Shown piece after piece: positions 27,819 to 32,000 of a stretch of 32,000 nt of DNA. Position numbers and translations under genes: made by a program. The first letter of the stretch is position 1; each line of letters starts with the position of its first letter. The DNA is from Amoeboradix gromovi X-113 (lineage: Eukaryota > Fungi > Sanchytriomycota). Under the pieces are notes generated by a model, which saw only the letters and a program-made list of their open reading frames with translations, was not told the origin of the DNA and did no database searches. The stretch spans positions 63,617 through 95,616 of the forward strand of contig JADGIF010000001.1 of NCBI GenBank assembly GCA_018985225.1. The letters are read 5' to 3'.

Positions 27819-29567
27819 TTATTCATCTAAACATTCTAATGCCCAGTCTGCTATAATTTTTGTTCCTTCAATTGATTTTGGTAAAAATGATTTGAAAAGT
27901 AAAAAGCCATGGCTCCTACATTAACTAGTAATTTACCATCCTGGAATAACTGTTAGCTGTGCTGCATTGTGATCTTTTTGGGCTCTTCTTAGTTTGGCAC
28001 ACATTAATATCGAGTCGTCCAACAATGGATCTCGATCTCCAACTAAAATACTGACTTTTGGAAACTTGGCTAGAACGACATCCGGTGCTAATAACGGTGA
28101 GAGTACAAAGTTTGTGTTTATTTGAGGGTCCATTGGAGAGTTCTTAAGATAGAGCAGAACAAGCGCCCTCATTAATTCCGCAGGTAATATTTTATCTTGA
28201 AAAAAGCATATTCTAGATGTCAACGCTATATGCCCGCCATCCTTGTTCTGCAAATAATCAAATGTAGCAGGAGAATTGTGATTAATGTCTACGTCATAAC
28301 TTCGCATTAATATCCGCTCATCTTCTATGTCATTTCTATTTCCAAATTCGGACCAAACAGTGGGGTCCTTGTACAAATCTCTGTTTTGATAATCAATGAC
28401 CTTTTTAGTGAGATCAAAAAATGATTTGTTGCCTCGAATTGGAGCATGTTCAACTTGTGTAGATTGTTCCATTGCCAGTAAACTTTTTACTCTACGATGC
28501 TCACCAGTGTTAGTATCCAAAAATGAATTAACCTTTGTAAGCTCCTTTGTATTTAGCAATTCCATTTGCCCAGGCTCCAACCAGCACTTGAGATCTAAGT
28601 TAAGACAAGGGTACATCATAATACAATGATGAGGTAGTTTATACTCCTGCAGTATAAGCTTGATAATTAAGCCTGACGCCATGTTTCCACCGGCAGAATC
28701 GCCCAACAAAATAACTCGACGATGTTTGTTAATCGAATTCATACCAATAAATGTTCCATTTGTACTTACGAATTGTTTATAAAAACCTATACACTCTTCC
28801 AGCGCGTATGGAAATGGGTATTTTGGAGATTTCAGATAATCTAAAGCAATCACAGGCACATTTGTAAATTTAACTAAATCGTAAATCATCTGTATATGAC
28901 TCGTAGGGTCGGTCGCTAGCCAGCCGCCCCCTGGAATAAAAAAAATAATGTCTTTGTGGTCCATAAAATCACTTTTCGAACCGTTGAAATAAATATGAGT
29001 AATGGTACGGGTTGTAGCAATATCTTTTGGGTTGTATCCCCACTCTTCAGGATCCCTAAGTACATTCTTAACTTCTTTGTATCCTATAGTGGGTAAACTT
29101 AGTCTAATAGCAGCAGCAAAAATCATGTTTTTTTGTTTTTCCCAGCTAATTTTTAGCATGTTTACCGTGGGTTGAGCTCTAAACTTTGCACACTTAGCAG
29201 TAGCAGTCTCATAAGCTATCAGGTAGTACCCTGTAGCCACTACACTGGCCATATCACGGACCCATTTTACAGGAATTTTGGCGCAAGACCAGAAGCCAGC
29301 ATCCATTGCCTGGGTTATCCAGGTTGCTCTGTAATAATCTCGGGCATATCCTACTCTATTTTCTGGAGGATCGATGCCTAAAATCAAAGGCAAGTTACGT
29401 ATGCATCGATATATCAGGAATATAGCTATCAAAAAGTTAGATAAGCCGTTACTAGAATTTTTCTGAAAAAAAGGTTTGACTGTCTTGTAATAAACATAAA
29501 CGGCCGGAAGTATAAACTGAATCCGTTTATAAGATCTAGATGGTCGTCCGATTAATAAATCCAGCAT
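27819..29567 (-). CDS. Hormone-sensitive-lipase-family alpha/beta hydrolase; exons 27937-29567 and 27819-27915 (575 aa)
   Basis: PGGGW oxyanion motif, GDSAGG nucleophile, DPLLDD acid; the catalytic His motif W-S-H-G-F appears only after the 21-nt intron is removed. Confidence 0.9.
27916..27936 (-). other. 21-nt spliceosomal intron with in-frame stops
   Basis: GTAAATTACTAGTTAATGTAG; excision gives TG|G AGC CAT GGC TTT (WSHGF). Confidence 0.9.
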
Positions 29568-29668
29568 TTTGATGAAACTGGGGAATTCACAACAATCAAA
29601 ATAATTTAAATTTAATTCTATTGCAGTAATTATTATACAAAAGGCTACTCATGGTCTATAAATTAACT

Positions 29669-30253
29669 TTACATGAATTTACTAAGAACAATAGCGACTG
29701 CCAAGAGCAGACAGCCAATCAATACATAATCTAAGATGCTGGATTCCAACTTTTTCTCTTTAATTAGGTCAACTTCTGTTTCTCCATTTTCTGATATTTC
29801 CAGTGAAGGGAGTAACTTAGAATTGGCCACTGCGCACATTGAACAGGTCCAGGTTCTAGACAATTGGGTCATTCTTTTACGTTCTGGTTCATTAACCTGT
29901 ATATAACCAATAGCACCCGGTGTTTCTTGGTTCATGAATACAGAAATTGCTAGCAGTGCAGTCCTGAGTGACCAGCTTGGATTCCATGTTTCCTGATGAA
30001 AATCTGAAATTGACAAACATATCTTGGTATCTATAGCAAACCTTCCAGATGGAGTCAAGAAATAAATAGAAGGCGGTTTCAGTGGATATTCCGCAGGAAT
30101 AAGTAATCTGCCGTGATATAATCCATTTTCATAAACTGATTCTGAAGGACCTTGAATTGTAAAATGAACATCGTTCATGTCATCTAGAATGTTTATATGG
30201 ATGCTTGGGTCATTTTGAAGTTCCATGATCTCTTTTTGTAATCTTCTGTTCAT
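29669..30253 (-). CDS. UBC6: Tail-anchored ubiquitin-conjugating enzyme E2 (Ubc6/UBE2J)
   Basis: RRLQKE, YPLKPP, TPSGRF, KICLSISDFH.ETWNPSW, C-terminal TM; likely ATG at 30253 (the ORF-track extension runs into a transposon). Confidence 0.9.
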   Translation of the reverse strand: MNRRLQKEIMELQNDPSIHINILDDMNDVHFTIQGPSESVYENGLYHGRLLIPAEYPLKPPSIYFLTPSGRFAIDTKICLSISDFHQETWNPSWSLRTALLAISVFMNQETPGAIGYIQVNEPERKRMTQLSRTWTCSMCAVANSKLLPSLEISENGETEVDLIKEKKLESSILDYVLIGCLLLAVAIVLSKFM

Positions 30254-30282
30254 ACTTTGACCTCCTATATTTCGAAAATAAA

Positions 30283-30928
30283 TGAGACTCATTCTGAAAA
30301 AATGTCCTAATTTCCAAATAGGTGGAACGCCTAGAAACCACACTAGGTTACCCATTATCATTAATTCATCATACCCAACACAACAAAGAAACAAAAAGAG
30401 CAAAAAAGACGATAATGACGTACTAGGATAAACAAAGACAACAATTCAAAATCACCACATCCAAATCATATTAAACTACAATTAAGAGAATACGCGCAAG
30501 TATATCGTCACATTCCTGCACAATCTTTCTATCTATCAAGTGGTATCTGGAAACAAAAAACATCTCAGGATATCCAAATTACCAAGGCTTCTAAAATAAT
30601 GTTCAAAAACATTTCTTACATGACTTTCAACCCAGACACACTGAAATGAAATCATAATGAAATCGAGAAAAGAAATATCGAATGGAAGAAAAAGGCGCTA
30701 TGTAGTGGTATGCTGGGGTGGTGGACATTTAGACAGAATGTGAAAATGGTTATCGTTTGAGATATTGCAACACATGCTCAAGTGCTACTGAGCCAAGCTA
30801 TTTTGAAAAAGATACTGCCAATGCATTTTCATGTTGAGAAAAGGCTTAATGGCATATTATGCGACTGAGACATCTTTCCAGGAGGTGCTCCGACTTAGAG
30901 CTGGGGACATTTTCTGAAATTGGTCCCA
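30283..30928 (+). mobile_element. Fanzor1-carrying TIR element, internal-deletion copy D
   Basis: Left ~75 bp and right ~200 bp homologous to 18411-18741. Imperfect TIR TGAGACTCATTCTGAAAAAATGTCC vs TGGGACCAATTTCAGAAAATGTCC. Fragments NNSKS...SFYLSSGIWKQK...KASKIM, RYVVVCWGGG and GYRLRYCNTC...YFEKDTANA. Confidence 0.72.
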
Positions 30929-30931
30929 AAT

Positions 30932-32000
30932 ATGATTCTCACACAACTGAAGAAAAGGCTACTATTGAAAGGCACTACTGCACAGACACCGACCACTTAC
31001 AAGATATTAGAGAACCATTTGTCTACGCCTAGGGTATTTTATTTGGGAATAGATCCAACTGCAGAATTCCTTCACTTGGGACATTTCATGCAATTGATTG
31101 CAGCAAAATGGATGATGTCTGACGGACATCGTGGTATCGTACTGTTAGGAGAATTTACTGCTTCAATTGGGGATCCCTCTGGCAGATCAAATGAAAGAGA
31201 ATCAATTTCGCATTCTGTGATTGTTCAAAACACTAATAAATTAGAGTCCATCATTAAGACGATAGATGATAATACTAAAGATATTATGCACATAAATTCT
31301 AGTTTCAATATTCTTAGAAACTCTTGGAACCACATGCCAATAATTGAATTCTTCAGTTTAGGAAAAGAATTTAGCTTGAGTTCAATGTTGAGTAGAGACT
31401 GCATAAAATCTAGACTGAGCAAAGGCATTAGCTACACAGAATTCAGCTACATGTTGTTTCAAGCAAATGACTTTTTACATCTTAACAAAAACCATAATTG
31501 TACGATACAACTAGGAGGATCGGACCAGCTGGGCAATATGATAAGTGGAATTAATTTGATACATGGAAAAGAAAGCTGTAATCATCCTAATTTTGGAATC
31601 ACAATGAACCTTTTAACTGATGAGAAACAACAAAAAATTGGCAAATCGTTGATTCAGGCCAAAAAACGAGGGAAAGCTGTAATTTCTGATGATTACAACG
31701 ATGCCGTATATTTGTACAACTATTTGCAGAATATTAAAGATTGCATCGCGTCAGAAATGATTTTAAAACTATCAGATTTAGACGAATGCAAAACAAAAAA
31801 AGAGTTGGCGGATTTTGTAATAGACTGCTGCTGGAAGAAAATGCCTCAAAGACCATCAACGCTCATTAAGCGTTTATTGAATCTTTTATACTACCCAGAA
31901 AGCTCTAGTCATTCAGAGGCGGACCAACTATTCGAAAGCAGCTCATTACTTTCTAGCTTTGTTGTTGAGGTAGATGATTGCAAAGTCTCAAATATAAATT
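30932..32000 (+). CDS. MSY1: Mitochondrial (bacterial-type) tyrosyl-tRNA synthetase, 3' partial
   Basis: Not in the ORF track (no stop before the window end). YLGIDPTAEFLHLGH, IGDPSGR, EFSYMLFQANDF, QLGGSDQLGN, KIGKS. Confidence 0.93.
   Translation, partial: MILTQLKKRLLLKGTTAQTPTTYKILENHLSTPRVFYLGIDPTAEFLHLGHFMQLIAAKWMMSDGHRGIVLLGEFTASIGDPSGRSNERESISHSVIVQNTNKLESIIKTIDDNTKDIMHINSSFNILRNSWNHMPIIEFFSLGKEFSLSSMLSRDCIKSRLSKGISYTEFSYMLFQANDFLHLNKNHNCTIQLGGSDQLGNMISGINLIHGKESCNHPNFGITMNLLTDEKQQKIGKSLIQAKKRGKAVISDDYNDAVYLYNYLQNIKDCIASEMILKLSDLDECKTKKELADFVIDCCWKKMPQRPSTLIKRLLNLLYYPESSSHSEADQLFESSSLLSSFVVEVDDCKVSNIN

Noticed and set aside
30254-30403. Hydrophobic N-terminal extension of UBC6 (similarly PIG-X 18695-18757 and SNX3 12220-12360)
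   Set aside because: The UBC6 and PIG-X extensions start at non-ATG codons and run into transposon ends; the SNX3 extension overlaps the IND1 stop and lies outside the conserved region
5565-31428. Many short ORFs antisense to or nested in recognised genes (e.g. 5565, 6095, 8492, 10265, 14732, 16817, 27043, 31225)
   Set aside because: No motifs, and they are explained as shadow frames of real CDSs
1-32000. CRISPR array, rRNA, intact transposase or intact Fanzor ORF
   Set aside because: No regularly spaced repeats, rRNA-like sequence or uninterrupted DDE/RuvC ORF seen

Overview
This is eukaryotic nuclear DNA from a very compact, AT-rich genome using the standard genetic code. It is most likely an early-diverging, flagellated fungus or fungal relative (inference from TTLL9, fungal-type LCB2/HLJ1/AVT3/HEL2, peroxins and mitochondrial genes). 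About 25 housekeeping genes and one tRNA-Arg(TCG) are packed with spacers of a few to tens of bases. Three genes carry 19-21 nt GT-AG introns. Almost every larger intergenic gap is filled by a relic of a Fanzor (eukaryotic TnpB-derived, RNA-guided nuclease) transposon, from at least 3-4 families. (i) Two near-identical internal-deletion elements (6404-6689 +, 21114-21423 -) each follow AACCG, have short target duplications and keep an identical 88-nt omegaRNA-like 3' scaffold. (ii) A decayed Fanzor2 gene with inverted ends lies at ~17302-18751. (iii) A TG...CA TIR family carrying Fanzor1 fragments has two copies (18411-18741, nested in the previous element, and 30283-30928). (iv) A further Fanzor1 pseudogene lies at ~25299-26555, and there are weaker candidates. 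No intact Fanzor or transposase is present in the window. All assignments come from manual motif reading and alignment, not database searches.
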